The translations under genes and the position numbers were made by a program. DNA of 64,000 nucleotides, taken from Lama guanicoe (Eukaryota). Where the stretch lies: assembly GCA_013239625.1 (NCBI GenBank), contig MU054098.1:434001-498000 (forward strand), given 5' to 3'. The notes under the pieces were generated by a model. It made no database searches. It was not told where the DNA came from and saw only the letters and a list, made by a program, of their open reading frames with translations. Below, piece by piece: positions 1 to 13,600 of the stretch (positions within the stretch are counted from its first letter, which is position 1; every line of letters starts with the position of its first letter).

Positions 1-3000
1 AGAGGTCTGGCTCATAGCTCTAAAGATTCTGAGTAGATGTGGGGTTCTCATCATCTCTTTCTCATTTCATTAAGTCTTTTGAAGAATCCAAGCTAGATGT
101 TCTATGGAATGTCCTACATTCTAGATTTACCTTAATTTTTTTGTTATGATTAATTTCAGGTGAAACATATCTAGCAAGAAGATGACATGAGCAGTGTGCG
201 TAATTCCCACATCATCATATTAGGAGGCACGTTATGTCAAGCCATTCCATTACTGTTGAGGTTAAGCTTCACTACTGGTGACCACCAGTTCTGTCCATTG
301 TAAAGCATTATTTCCCCTTTGGTTCAGTCAGCCATAGCTTGAGGGTGCACAGAGTCATTTGGTATAAACCATGGTAATATATACCCAGCAGGGATGTGAG
401 AAACAGGCAATAAGCCATGTCTGGTGTATACATATAATCCATGTACAATATAAATTGATGAGCTGTAAAAGTATTGCTTATAGGAACATATACCAGGGAG
501 TACTTATTTCTGTGTGCCTAGGGTGGGGATGGTGGCTGTGGAGGAAATAAGGGAAAGCTGTGGAGCAAAAGTAATATTTGAGAGTTGGATCTTCAAAGAT
601 GAGTTAGAGTTTATTAGTGGTTGAAAGTGGTGAGGGCATCCCAGGCTGAAAGGAAAAGCATGAAGGGAAAAACAAAACAAAACAAAAATATAGGCCTGAG
701 ATTACATGGTTCAGCTGGGAGGAAAAAGCATCTTGAGCATATAAGATGCACAGAAATGAGTGACTGGAGATGAGGTTGGAAATGTAGACTAGGATAGGTT
801 ATGAAAACCTCTGAATTCCATGCTAAGGAATTTAGCCATGATTCTGTAAGTAGTGAATGCTAACGAAGGTTTCTAAGCAAAGGGATCTTCATTTTGGGCT
901 TTTAGAGAGATGTATGGATGGCAGTGTGGCAAAATAAGAGGGAAGATTGGCAAGAAGTCTGAGAGACAGGTTTTTGTGAGTAATGATGAGGGCACAGACT
1001 AGGTGAGTGGCAGTGGCTAGGAAAGGAAGGAACTGATATGAGAGATTTTTTTAGGGATGAAGTCAGAAGTTGATCAGAGGCTACACGTAGGCACTGGGAG
1101 AGGAAGTCAAGAATATTCTAGGCTTTCTGACTTGAATCATTTTAATGGTGATGCCATTACCAATATAAGGAAGGTAGTAGAAGAAGCAGATTTGGGATAG
1201 GGGAGATAAGTTCTATGTATATTGTATTTGAGTTACCTAAAATGTACAATTATCTATTGTAGTTTCATTTGATTTTTTCGTCTTTTTTATGAAGCTTTTT
1301 TTCCTCCATTTTATTACATATTTCTGTTTGGATCACAAGGAGTGAACTGGAGTGATGTGAACAACACAAATTTCAATTGGACATGCAGAAAGCAAAATAT
1401 TTTCTTTGACCAAAAGATAACCAGAAAGGAATCAATTGTTCCCTGGGCTATACATTGGCAATCTGATTTTTGTGATATCTGAACAAGCTTAGATTGTTCT
1501 CAAAGGATTTGTGTACCTATTCATTGATGTGCTTTATGAAGTGACTTGAACCATTTAATCTCTCAGTCAAATGAGAAAATCAACCCACAGTTTAATACTT
1601 AACTTTTAAAGATTTGTAAGGCTTAATCAGATAAAATGTTTCCTTAGAAGCCACGGGTTTGTTATACTAGTCCCAAGCAAGGTAAATCAAGTGTTTTTCC
1701 CTCAAATTTCTTTGTTTTTCTGACAAAGCTGTTTTTATTTATTATATCCAATTCCACTGAACTCTCTAATTCAATAGATGCTAAAAATAAATCCCCTAGA
1801 GGAGAAAGAAAATAATGAACAAAGAGAGAAAATAAGCCAGCAGTATGACATTTAGCTGCATGCACAGCTGGCTACACACCGATAAACCACGTCCACAAAG
1901 ACTGGGTTCTGAAGAACATTTCCTTAATTATGGTCACAATCTGTGCCTTCCAAGAATATGTGCAGGCTTTGAACAAAGAGAAGACGTTAGTAGCAAGGTC
2001 TTTATTTTTATTGGAATTTTTCAGGTCATGACATATAAATAAAGATGTCTATCTTATATATTCCTAGGAGAGTAGGATAATAAATCTTTAAGCTGTAAAT
2101 GGTTGATGATTTTGAAAATATTTTTAAATGGAAATGATAGATTTATGAATCTAAGTAAAACCTCAAGATTTTTTGGATGCTCAGGAGTTTCAAGGTGTGG
2201 GTGTTTCTCCCCCTTTTAATTCAATGCAATTCCTTCTTTTGGAATTTCCACTGCCAATTTCCTCTTTGTTTAATTTAAGTTATATTGTGTAATTGACAGA
2301 GTTTATAACTCAATCTTCCCAGATGTATTTTGTTTTAATGTTTTCTCTGGACTATCTCCTAATTTTTTCTAGTCTAAAGATTGTCTAATGTGATTGTGAT
2401 TCTGAATGTTACTTGGGGTGAGAAAACAAAGATTGAAGCACTTTAATGGGTAAAAAAGAGCCATAATACTTGCTTGCCTGTGCTTAATATTTTCTTGCTT
2501 ATAACTTAGCTTTCTACTCTTGTATACTTCCTCTGTTGTGCCCCAGAATTTCACAATGATTCTTTATCTTCCAATCTGCTAGGTCAGCCTTGTCTGGATT
2601 AGGAATTAAAGAACAGAAATTAGGAAATGAAGTATAGAATGAAGAATCTGCAGGAAAAGAAAAACAAAGGGGGAAGAACATCTGGTACCCTAAACAAACT
2701 TATGAAGCAGACAAACACATATCTTTGGTACCTTCTATTTGCCTTGTTCAGCTTCTCTCCCCACCGCCACCATCCTACTTTTGCTCTTTCATCCCCTTCC
2801 TGCGTAGCCTGATCTTCCTTTCTAAAGGGCCTTGCCCTTTGCTGGTTTGCCAACTGTTTCCTCTATGATAGTAGCAGACACATCTAAAAGTATCCTTCAC
2901 ACATGCATTTTCATTTTTCTAAGAGTATATTACTGAGTAGAATTCTTTCTAGGTCCAAGAATGCATTCCTAATGGTTTAATGGAATTTGCTTCACCATTT

Positions 3001-3828
3001 GTATATGGGTGTACTTTGTGCTCCTAACTTTCATACTTCTTACTTTCATATTTCTTGCTTCCTTCCCCAACTCCATTCTTCCAGCTACCTAGTCTGACGA
3101 GGCTTTGTACGTGTTCAATTCCCAGAAGATATTGCTACTTTCACCAGGATGGTCAAAGTGAAGTGTGGCGGATGGTATGAGGAGAGTGGACAGTACCTAA
3201 GCATACACACGCATACGTGTGCAGGGACGGGCTTTACTAAAAGTTATAGTGCTGGTCTCTGAGGCATAAAGCCTTTTCCAGTCACTATGAATAACGACAC
3301 AAGAACCTGTCTCTCAGGGGATGACATCTGCTTGACCATTGCATTCAGGAAAAGAGTATCTTATTTTTTTCAGGAAACTCTTCTTGTATCTATTATTATT
3401 CTTGGATTGTTTTCCAGGCTTGAAAATAACCTTTTTTTAGTTACTCAGAAACTATTTAGCAAGTCTCCCTCAATCTTTCTCTCTCCTTCTCTCTCTCTCT
3501 GTGTTCCCTCTGAATTAGCTTTTCTCCCCTTTTCCATGGCAACAGTATGTATTTGCAGGGATAGAAATTATTCCCTATTGCTTTAGGAAATGATAGAAAC
3601 TAACTAAAATGGCCTTGGGGAATGTGGGAGGGAAAAGAGAATACATAGAGGCTTAATTCTTTTGAAGGCCACTCTGATTATAAAGATGGACTGGAGGTAA
3701 AAAAAAGAGAAAAAAATTTTAAACTTGCCAGACCATGTGGTCATCATCTGCTTTAGTATGACGTTCATCTACAATCCCTTTGGGGAAAAAAGCAGCTTGA
3801 ATGAATAAAGATACAGATGAGATTATTA

Positions 3829-5842
3829 CAGGCATACTTCGTTTTATTGTACTTTGCAGATACTGTGGTTTTTACAAATTTTGTTTGTTTGTGGCAACCC
3901 TTCACTAAGCAAGTCTATCTGTGACATTTTTCCAACAGCATGTGCGCCCTTCATGTCTCTGTGTTACATTTTCGTAATTCTCAAAAATATTTCAAACTTT
4001 TTCATTACTGTATTTGTTATGGTAATCTGTAATCAGTGATCTTTGATGTTACTATTGTAATTATTTGGGGGCACCATGAACCGCACCCATATAAAACAGT
4101 GAACTTAATCAATGTTGTTTGTGTTCTAACCGCTCCACCGACCTACAGTTCTCCCATCTCTCTCCTTCTCCTCGGGCCTCCCTATTCCCTGAGACACGAT
4201 ATTGAAATTAGGCCAGTTAGTAACTGTGCAATGGCTCCTATGTGTTCAAGTGAAAGGAGGAGTCACATGTCTCTCACTTTAAATTAAAAAACTAGAAATA
4301 ATGAAGCTTAGCAAGGAAGGTGTATGTTGAAAGCTGAGATAGGTTAAAAGCTAGGCCTCTTGCACCCAACAGTTAACCACGTTGTGAATGCAAATGAAAA
4401 GTTCCTGAAGGAAATTAAAAGCTCTACTCCAGTAAATACATGAATGATAAGAAAGAGAAACAGCCTTATTGCTGATAGGGAGAACATTTAGTGGCTGGAT
4501 AGATTAGCAAACCAGCCACAGCACTCCCTTAAGCCAAAGCCTAATCCAGAGCAAGGCCCTAACTCTCTTCAATTCTGTGAAGGGTGAGAGAGGTGAGGAA
4601 GCTGCAGAAGCAAAGTTTGAAGCTAGCAGAGGTTGGTTCATGAGGCTTAAGGAAAGAAGCCTTCTCCATAACATAAAGGTGCAAGGTGAAGCAGCAAGTT
4701 ATCCAGACCATCTAGCTAAGATAATTAATAAAGGTGGTCACTCTAAACAAGAGATTTTCAATGTAGATGAAACAGCCTTCTATTGGAAGAAGATGCCGGC
4801 TTGCACTTTCATAGAGAGAAGTCAATACCTAACTTCAAAGCTTCAAAGGACAGGCTGACACTCTTGTTAGGGGTAATGCAGCTGGTGGTTTTAAAATGAA
4901 GTCAGTGCTCATTTACCATTGTGAAATTCCTAGAGCCCTTAAGAGTTATGCTAAATCTGCTTGTGCTTTATGAATGTAACAGCAAAGCCTGGATGACAGC
5001 TCATCTATTTACAACACAGTTTACTGAATATTTTAAGCCCACTGTTGAGACCTATTGCTCGGAGAAAAAAATTCCTTTCAAAATATTCCAGTTCATTGAA
5101 AATGCACCTCATCACCCAGAAGATCTAACGAAGATGTACAGCAAGATTAATGTTGTCTTCATGCCTGCTAACACAACATTCATTCTGCAGCCTATGGATC
5201 AAGGAGTCATTTTGACTTTCAAGCCTTCTGATTTAAAAAATATATTTTGTAAAGCTCTATAAAGCTATAGCTACCATACTGATTCTTCTGATGGTTCCGG
5301 GCAAAGTGAACTGAAGACCTGGAAAGGATTCACCATTCCAGATGCCATTGAGAACATTCCTGTCAGGAGAAGAGGTCAAAATATCAACATTAACAGGAAT
5401 TTGGGTAAGGTTGATTCCACCCTCAGGGATGACTTTGGGGAGTTCAAGACTTCAGTGGAGGAAGTCACTGTAGATGTAATGGAAATAACAAGAGAACTAG
5501 AATTAGAAGTGGAGCCTGAAGATGTGACTGACTTGCTGCAATCTCAGGACAAAACTTTAATGGATGAGGAGTTGCTTCTTATGGATGAGAAAAGAAAGTT
5601 GTTTCTTGAGGTGGAATCTACTCCTAATGATGCTGTTTAGATTGCTGAAATGACAACAAAGGATTTAGAATATTACATACACTTAGTTGATAAAGCAGTG
5701 GCAAGGTTTGAGAGGATTGACTCCAGTTTTGAAAGAAATTCTACTGTGGGTAAAATGCTATCAAACAGCATTGTATGTGACAGAGAAATTGTTCATGAAA
5801 GGGAGTCAGTCGATGCAGCAAACTTCACTGTTGTCTTATTTT
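3829..5842 (+). mobile_element. Tigger1 (TcMar/pogo) DNA transposon, decayed transposase, right end missing
   Basis: TA followed by left TIR-like caggcatac; ORF fragments [29 protein letters not shown] and [18 protein letters not shown] are pogo HTH-CENPB/DDE_1 pieces broken by stops and frameshifts. Confidence 0.92.
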
Positions 5843-7615
5843 TTTTTTTAATTGAAGTATAGTCAGTTTACAATGTTGTGTCAATTTCTGGTGTACAGCA
5901 TAATAGTTCAGTCATACATATACATACATACACTCCTTTTCATATTCTTTTTCACTATAGGTTACTACAAGATATTGAATATAGTTCCCTGTAGTATACA
6001 GTATAAATTTGTTGTTTATCTATTTTATATATAGTAGTTAGTATCTGCAAATCTCAAACTCCCAATTTATCCATTCTCTTTGCCCCCTGGTAACCTTAAC
6101 TATGTTCTCTATGTCTGTGAGTCTGTTTTTGTTTTCTAAATAAGTTTATTTGTGTCTTTTTTTTTTTTTTTAGATTCCACATATAAGCAACATCATATGG
6201 TATTTTTCTTTCTCTTTCTGGCTTACCTCACTTAGAATGATGATCTCCAGGTCCATCCATGTTGCTGCAAATGACATTGTTTTATTCCTTTTTATAGCTG
6301 AATAGTATTCCATTGTATATGTATACCACATCTTCTTTATCCACTTTTTTAAACTTTTTTTATTGAGTTATAGTCATTTTACAATGTTGTGTCAAATTCC
6401 AGAGTAGAGTACAATTTTTCAGTTATACATGAACATACCTATATTCATTGTCACATTTTTTTTTCACTGTGAGCTACCACAAGATCTAGTATATACTTCC
6501 CTGCACTATACAGTATAATCTTGTTTATCTATTCTGCATATGCCTGTCAGTATCTACAAATTTTGAACTCCCATTCTGTCCCTTCCCATCTCTCTCCCCC
6601 TTGACAACCACAAGTTTGTATTCTATCTCTATGAGCCTGTTTCTGTTTTGTACTTATGTTCTTTTTTATTTTTAGATTCCACATATGAGCGATCTCATAT
6701 GGTATTTTCCTTTCTCTTTCTGGCTTACTTCACTTAGAATGAATGGATAAAGAAGATGTGTTATATTTATTAAATGGAATACTATTCAGCCATAAAAAAC
6801 AACAACACAATGCCATTTGCAGCAACATGGATGTCCCTTCTTTATCCATTTGTCTGTCGATGGACCTTTAGGTTGTTTCCATGTCTTGGCTATTGTAGAT
6901 AGTGCTGCTATGTACATTGGGGTGCATATATCTTTTTGATTTAGAGTTTCCTCCAGATATATGCCCAGGAGTGGGATTGATGGATCATATGGTAAGTCTG
7001 TTTTTAGTTTTTTGAGGAATCTCCATACTGTTTTCCATAATGGCTGCACCAAACTACATTCTCACCAATAGTGTAGGAGGGTTCCCTTTTCTCCACACCC
7101 TCTCCAGCATTTATTGTTCATGGACTTTTGAATCATGGTCATTCTGACCAGTGTGAGGTGATACCTCATTGTAGTTTTGATTTGCATTTCTCTGATAATT
7201 AGCAATATTGAGCATTTTTTAATGTGCCTATTGGGCATTTGTATGTCTTCACTGGGGAATTGCTTGTTTAGGTCTTCTGCCTATTTTTGCATTGGATTTT
7301 TTGGCTTTTTGTTATTAAGTTGTATGAGCTGTTTACATATGCTTGAAGTTAAGCCTTTTTCGGTCACATCATTTGCAAATGTTTTCTCCCATTCCATAGG
7401 TTGGCTTTTTGTTTTGCTTATGGTTTCCTTTGTTGTGCAAAAGCTTCTAAGTTTAATGAGGTCCCATTTGTTTATTTTTTCTTTTATTTCTATTGCCTGG
7501 GTAGACTGCCCCAGGAGAACATTGCTGAGATTTATGTCAGAGAATGTTTTGCCTATGTTTTCTTCTAAAAGGTTTATATTGTCTTATGTTTAAGTCTTTA
7601 AGCCATTTTGAGTTT
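5843..7615 (-). mobile_element. 5'-truncated LINE-1 (3'UTR plus ORF2 C-terminus), interrupted by a nested younger L1
   Basis: Poly(T) at ~5839-5849, L1 3'UTR, minus-strand ORF 6786..7052 [31 protein letters not shown] (ORF2 C-terminal region). Confidence 0.92.
6344..6836 (-). mobile_element. Nested L1 3' fragment with 5' inversion, 12-bp TSD
   Basis: TSD cttctttatcca at 6332-6343 and 6837-6848; minus-sense part ~6345-6742; inverted part ~6743-6836. Confidence 0.85.
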
Positions 7616-7828
7616 ACTACCATTATATTTTTGATATTCACCCATTGTAATACTTGTAACTTTTCTGCATTTTAACAATGATATATGATTACATAGTATG
7701 AATGTACACAATTTATTTCTTCTTTTATCTCTTCATGGATACTTAAATTGTTTACAGGTTTTCACTGTTTCAGGCAAAGCTGCAATGGACATATTTTCTT
7801 GACTATATGTGTAAGAGTTTGTCTAGGG

Positions 7829-8800
7829 CAGCAGTTCTCAAACTTTTTGGTTGTACTCTTAAAAATCATGGAGGACCCCAAAGAGCTTTTGTTTATGTGA
7901 GCTATGCCTATTTGTATTTATTGTATTAGAAATTAAAACTGGAAAATTTAAAAATATTTAATTATGAATTCATTTGAAATGATAAATATCCATTACAAGT
8001 TAGCACAGTTATTTATTTTATTAAAAAAAACTATATTTTTCAAAACAACAAGACATTTGGTGAAAGAAGTAGCATTTGCATTTTTGCAAATCTCTTTACT
8101 GTCTGGTGTAATAGAAGAGAGCTGGATTCCCTTATCTGCTTTTGCATTTACCCTGCTGTGATGAGTTTTTCTGGTTGAAATATAGGAAGAAAATCATTTC
8201 TCACTCACATATGGAGTTGGAAAAGGCAAGAGTATCTTATTAGCCATTTAAGATAATTGTGGATATTCTTTGATAATATACCAAAATTTGACAAGTGGTA
8301 GTTTCTTAGAGGTTACTTCCAATATGGAATCTGAAACGGTGTCAGTGAATTTTTTTGTGTTTTCATGCATGAAAAGTCCATCAGTATATCCTCACTTTGA
8401 ATAGATTTTTTTTACCCATGCATGACTTTGTAACATCATGCATTGATCATCTGAAAAATATTGCTTCACTGAGTTATGCAGATCTTCCAAATATTGACAT
8501 ATTTCAGGATACAATATAAAAATATTACATTTGTTACTATAATCATTGATCTCATCAGGAAATTATTCATGTTTTGGAAAGCTGTCAAGCTCATGGTGGC
8601 AGATACAAGTTTTCTAAAATTCTCATTTTTACTTAAGAACTTGAATTTTATAATTGGCAAGAAATGCTGTCAGTTGTTTTCCTTGAAGTGATAAGCTCAC
8701 TTTGTTAATTATAGAGAAAACATCTGCCAAGAACCAAAGTCTGAATAATCAAAGTTTCTCTGTCGGTTTTTCTTTCATGTAAAAATGGTGTTTTATGGGT
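7829..8800 (-). mobile_element. hAT-Charlie (Charlie1-like) DNA transposon fragment
   Basis: Terminus cagcagttctcaaactttttgg preceded by an NTCTAGAN-like target (gtctaggg); internal sequence resembles Charlie1; far end approximate. Confidence 0.75.
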
Positions 8801-10598
8801 TATAATATAACCCCTTATCTTACTGTTTTAGCAATATTTGTTTACATATCTGTTTTCTATACTAAATACTAATTTCCTTGAGGGGAGAGAGACTGGGTCT
8901 TATGTTTGTATCTAGAGTATGCAGCTCTTTGTTTTTCAGTGGTAGGTGCTCAATTAACATCTATTAAATAGAAATAGAAGAATACAGGAAGACAACCAAC
9001 ATAGACAATTTCAGGTCATGTGATCTTGAAAAATGCACTTTTATTTTCCTCATTTGGAATATGGGATGAATGCTTCCTATTCTGCCTGTCTCAGTGGTTT
9101 CTTATGAAACTCACATGTAAAAATAAATATAAAATGTAAAGCCATGTACAAATCTGATGTGTTCATACTGTTTTTCAAATATCAACTACTCTAGAAGCTT
9201 AGTACCATGAAAAACTAAGAAAATGACAGAGGAGAAAAATATTAATTATGTCATAATAATTAAAATAAATACCGTTTAGTGTGTTTTGCCTTTGCAGTGC
9301 TGACACCTTCCTCCAACTGTTCAAATTGTTTTAATGAACATACAGTAAATGTTACAGGGTTTTCTTGAAAAGGAAAAAGAGGGAAATGCAGATATTGCTT
9401 ACCATTTCCAAATGCCTCCTATATTCCAAGTGATGTCAGCATTCCCTTTGTTCTTGTTTTAGTCAATTCTACTTAAAAAGAACTCATTCAGAGATAAGAA
9501 AGGAAAATGCAAAGCATAAAAGGGAAACTATTAGGGCAAGTTCCCCATTTGGTTTGAGACTCATTTCCTGAGCGTGTGAAGGCTTCTAGTCACATGAGAA
9601 GGCAAGTGTAATAGTTCATTTCTATTTTGTTAACAAAGGTAACTGAATATTTTTGTTTGGTTGGTTGGTTGGTTGGTTTTTTTTGAGTGGGAGGAAACAT
9701 ACTACAGTAGTTTAATGAAATCAGGTAGATGTAACACCTTGAGAGAAAGAACTCGCTATTAAAATCTCAGGTTTGTAATGGGTAGGGATCCCAGGAACCA
9801 GAATATAAAAGGAGTGAGGTTTATGTGGAGTGAGGCTGACCTATCCTACCTGACTAAAGTTAAGTTCCATGAGAGATCCAGGGGAGAGATTTCCTGATTA
9901 TGTTCTGCTATCACCTCTATATTTTTTCCTGAATTTTTATACTCTCTTCAGCTACCCACAAACTACTGACTATCCTCTCACTTCTCAAATCAGTCCATGA
10001 TTGTCTCCATTTTATTTTCACTTTCCTTCTGCTGTTCTCCTTTACTCCTTTCACTTCTTCCATGTGTGCCCTTGTCTAAATGTTTATAGGTAATACATAT
10101 GTGATTCTGTATGTGAATAGATGTATCTATATAAATGATGAAGAGCAACTTGTAAGCACTATATAAATGTTTTGAAATAAATGAAAGCAACATCCAATAG
10201 TAATTTGCAGTTGGATAAATTATACTTGCTATTTCTGTTTTCAATCGATGATTTAACTGATGATTGATGCCTTCAATAATATATCAGTATAGAGCATGTC
10301 ATAGTGCCAATCTGAAAACAGGCTATTTCTCAGGGATTATTCAACTCATTCATTCATTTAGAACATATTTACTGAGTGCTTAATTGAGTGCTCAAGTACT
10401 GTTTTAGGTACTTGGGTGTCACCAGTGAACAAAATAGGTAAAAATACCTGCTGCATAGTGCTTATGGTCTAGAAGAGGGAGACAGGCAATAAATGCCAAA
10501 GTAGCCAATTCATTCATTCATTCATTCATTAACTAAATGATATTGTATATTAGAAGGAAATGCATGCTTTGAAAAATACAGGAATAGTTGATGTGCTC

Positions 10599-10618
10599 TG
10601 TGTGTGTGTGTGTGTGTG
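10599..10618. repeat. (TG)10 microsatellite
   Basis: Seen directly. Confidence 0.9.
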
Positions 10619-13600
10619 TTTGGTACAAGTTTCAATTCTAAACAGTGTGGACACAGTATAGGTCTTATTGAGAAGGAGACATTTGAGAACCCCAAAGGAG
10701 CAAGTCAGGTACTGAACCAGACTGATCTTTTAAGGCCCCTCAAATCTCACTACAAAGGTTATACCTAGTTTGCCTATGTGTAGGGTTGGTCCCAATTGTA
10801 AGCCATGTCAGGGTTAAATCTAGAGAGCACCATTCCTTTCTCTTGCTGAGAGTCTGATTCAGTAGAAGACAGAAGCCTCAGAAGGGCATTAGTTCTTGTG
10901 CTATTGTTTAATATATAGGAAGACAACTTTTATATTGACAATACCTTCATACATTCCAAGAGTTGAAATTTCAAATATATAGCACATGGCAATTAGACCA
11001 TTAAAATGCACCTTGGGATACACTACATAGTTCTCCAAAGAATCTAACTTCACAAAATGAAGTGGTCTGAAAATGAGGACGAGTATCTAGTGCTCAGCCA
11101 AAATATTTCTCTGGTGATAGAAAAATTACGGAGCCAAGAAATGCATCACCCACTCCAGATTTCTGGCTTCACCCCAGGAGTCTAAACATTTCTTTCCTGA
11201 GAAATACCACTTGAATAATGTCTTGGCCTCTGGACAGGATACCATAAAACTGAAACTGTATTGTTCTTATTTCAAGCTGGAGTCAGGGCTTTTATATGTT
11301 TTAAATTTATAGGTTTTTTGCACTGTGGTAATACAGCTGTATTTTGGATAATCTGAGAAAATTCTGAAAGAGAAAATCTTAGAGAAAGAGCAGAGACTAT
11401 AGACCCCATGGAAATTCTAAATACATTCTAAAGAGTTATACAGTGTAAAAAATAAACATAGAAACTCAAATCCAGGCATACCCTACCAGAATCCTGAAGC
11501 ACAGCTATTGAAGGAAGACATTTACCTAGAGAAACAGAAAATAGGTCACAAGACGTAAGAGATGTGTTCTGAGGGAAATGCTGATGAGCAATATTCATCA
11601 ACCCAAAGAAGGGAAGTCTGAGGGCTAATTTAATAATTGTATTAAAATATCAATAAATCAGATGCAGAGGATAGTCAGTAAATAGTCTCTTTACTCTTAG
11701 ATGATTAAATAGACTTAAGAAAGGGCATGGGAGTTTTTTGTTAGACCTTAAGGAGGAAACTTGATTGTGTAACACTGGAAATCAATCCTGAGGAAAGTTG
11801 TGGAATTTTCTCTCTAAAGAAGTTTATAAATAGGAGAAAGTCTGATCTGTCTATGATGGTTTGACTATAGCAGCAAGACCTAGGAACCCTAAGGATTCCT
11901 CTGTAGTATTACATTTGGAATCATATTGTCTTTATATAATGTTGGAGTGTACTGGCATGATTTGCATTTAAATTATTGGTTAAGTGATTTTTTTTTAAAA
12001 TACTGTTGTAAATAAATTATAATCTTTAGTAATTTTTCTCTCATTTCAAAACATGATGATAATCTGAGTAATATCTCAATATGTTTCTTTACTGTGTTGG
12101 TAATAAATTTCATTGGTGATGATTCATATTAATATTACTAATTCTTGGAAGGAGGAAAAATAATGTGAACTATGCCAGTCCACACAAGTTCTGTTACTTT
12201 AAGCATTTTGTGAAAGCAAATGGTATTTATTTGAATAATTTTCTTTCCACAGATATCATCAAGAGGTTACCACATTTAATATTTTTTCCCTATAAGTTCA
12301 TTTGCTTTTAACCCATATTACTCTTTCTACATAGGTCTTATAGAGACAATTCACAAGGAGTGGCTGGATCTCACACATTTGGAAAGGTAAGTTTTAATTT
12401 CCTTAAAATTTATAATAAACTTGTATAAAATAAATGTATTTGTAATAAAGCAAATTTTATTTTAAAGTATTTTTTGAGGATTATTAGAACTGGATATGAC
12501 TTTGTAGGTCATCAAGCTTATTTTACTGTTGAATAAATTGAGGTCCTGAGGAAGTGAAATTTGTAGCCAATTTAACAGTGATAGGATTAGGGCCAAAACT
12601 CAGATCCCCTAACTCACAGTCTAGTGCTCTTTACAATACACATCACTAAATCTTTCTCTGTTTTGGTGGTTATTTGTCTGGTGAGGTGTCATGAGTATGT
12701 GTATGTTTGTGAGGGCTAAGACTCTACTGGTCCATAGAAATGTGACAGGTATATGAAAGAGAGAGATGATTCGGAAGATCATGTTCTTTAAAACGAGGGA
12801 CATAGTAAGGGTACCATGGCAGAGGGAGACTCACACAGAAGATATTACTTATGACTTTAGAGATGAACTTTTTCTTTTGGGACTCTTCTAGAATAAGGAG
12901 TGAGGAGGAGAAGGGAGAGATACTAACTTACCATGTATGGAAATGCATAAAAAAAAAAGAAGGTTGATATCATGGGAATTTGCCTCATTAAATATCATAG
13001 ATGATAGTTAAGAAGTTAAATATGGCATACATTGGTCACAACAAATCCCACCAAACCTTGTGAAAAAGAGTGTTCACAGCTATTGAATTTTTTTCTAAGG
13101 TGTTCATAGTAAGTAGCATCTATGTAGCTTGGAATTAGAGCCTGTCTGTGTCATTAAATATTTGAATGAAATAGCCAACGAGAATTGTCAAGCAGTGTTT
13201 CTTTCTAAAAGACTCATGGTAATGGAGAAGGCCAATAACACTGATACAGTAAATGAAAGAAAAGGCGGATAGCTCAAATTTACACACAGTCAAACTACCT
13301 TGTCCTAAATAAAAACTGTTTGCTAGAGTCATCTCAAGTCCTCCCTTCCTAGACAACTCAAGTCCTCCCTCATATTTTTCTTGTGGGACCAGAGAGGATG
13401 GGTCAGAAGAAAGATAGGGAATACTTTCAATAATCCAAGGAGAAGATAATGAGATCTCCTATGTATCATTTATTTCCTATTTCTCATTTAAAACTACTCA
13501 GACATCATCCCCTTGCTGACATCCATAGCCTGGGTTTCCATAGACCCATATGGAAAAAAGGTTTCCCTCCATCATAATATTTAGTAGATTGTATCATAAT

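Noticed and set aside
4577..5862. ORFs with pogo/CENP-B transposase similarity as a possible domesticated TIGD-like gene
   Set aside because: Split over several frames by stops and frameshifts and embedded in a TIR-bearing Tigger1 copy; a decayed transposon.
6786..7593. 88-aa and 138-aa ORFs
   Set aside because: Sense and antisense translations of L1 ORF2 remnants.
13333..13370. 14-bp direct repeat ctcaagtcctccct with a 10-nt spacer
   Set aside because: Only two copies; a simple local duplication, not an array or CRISPR-like structure.
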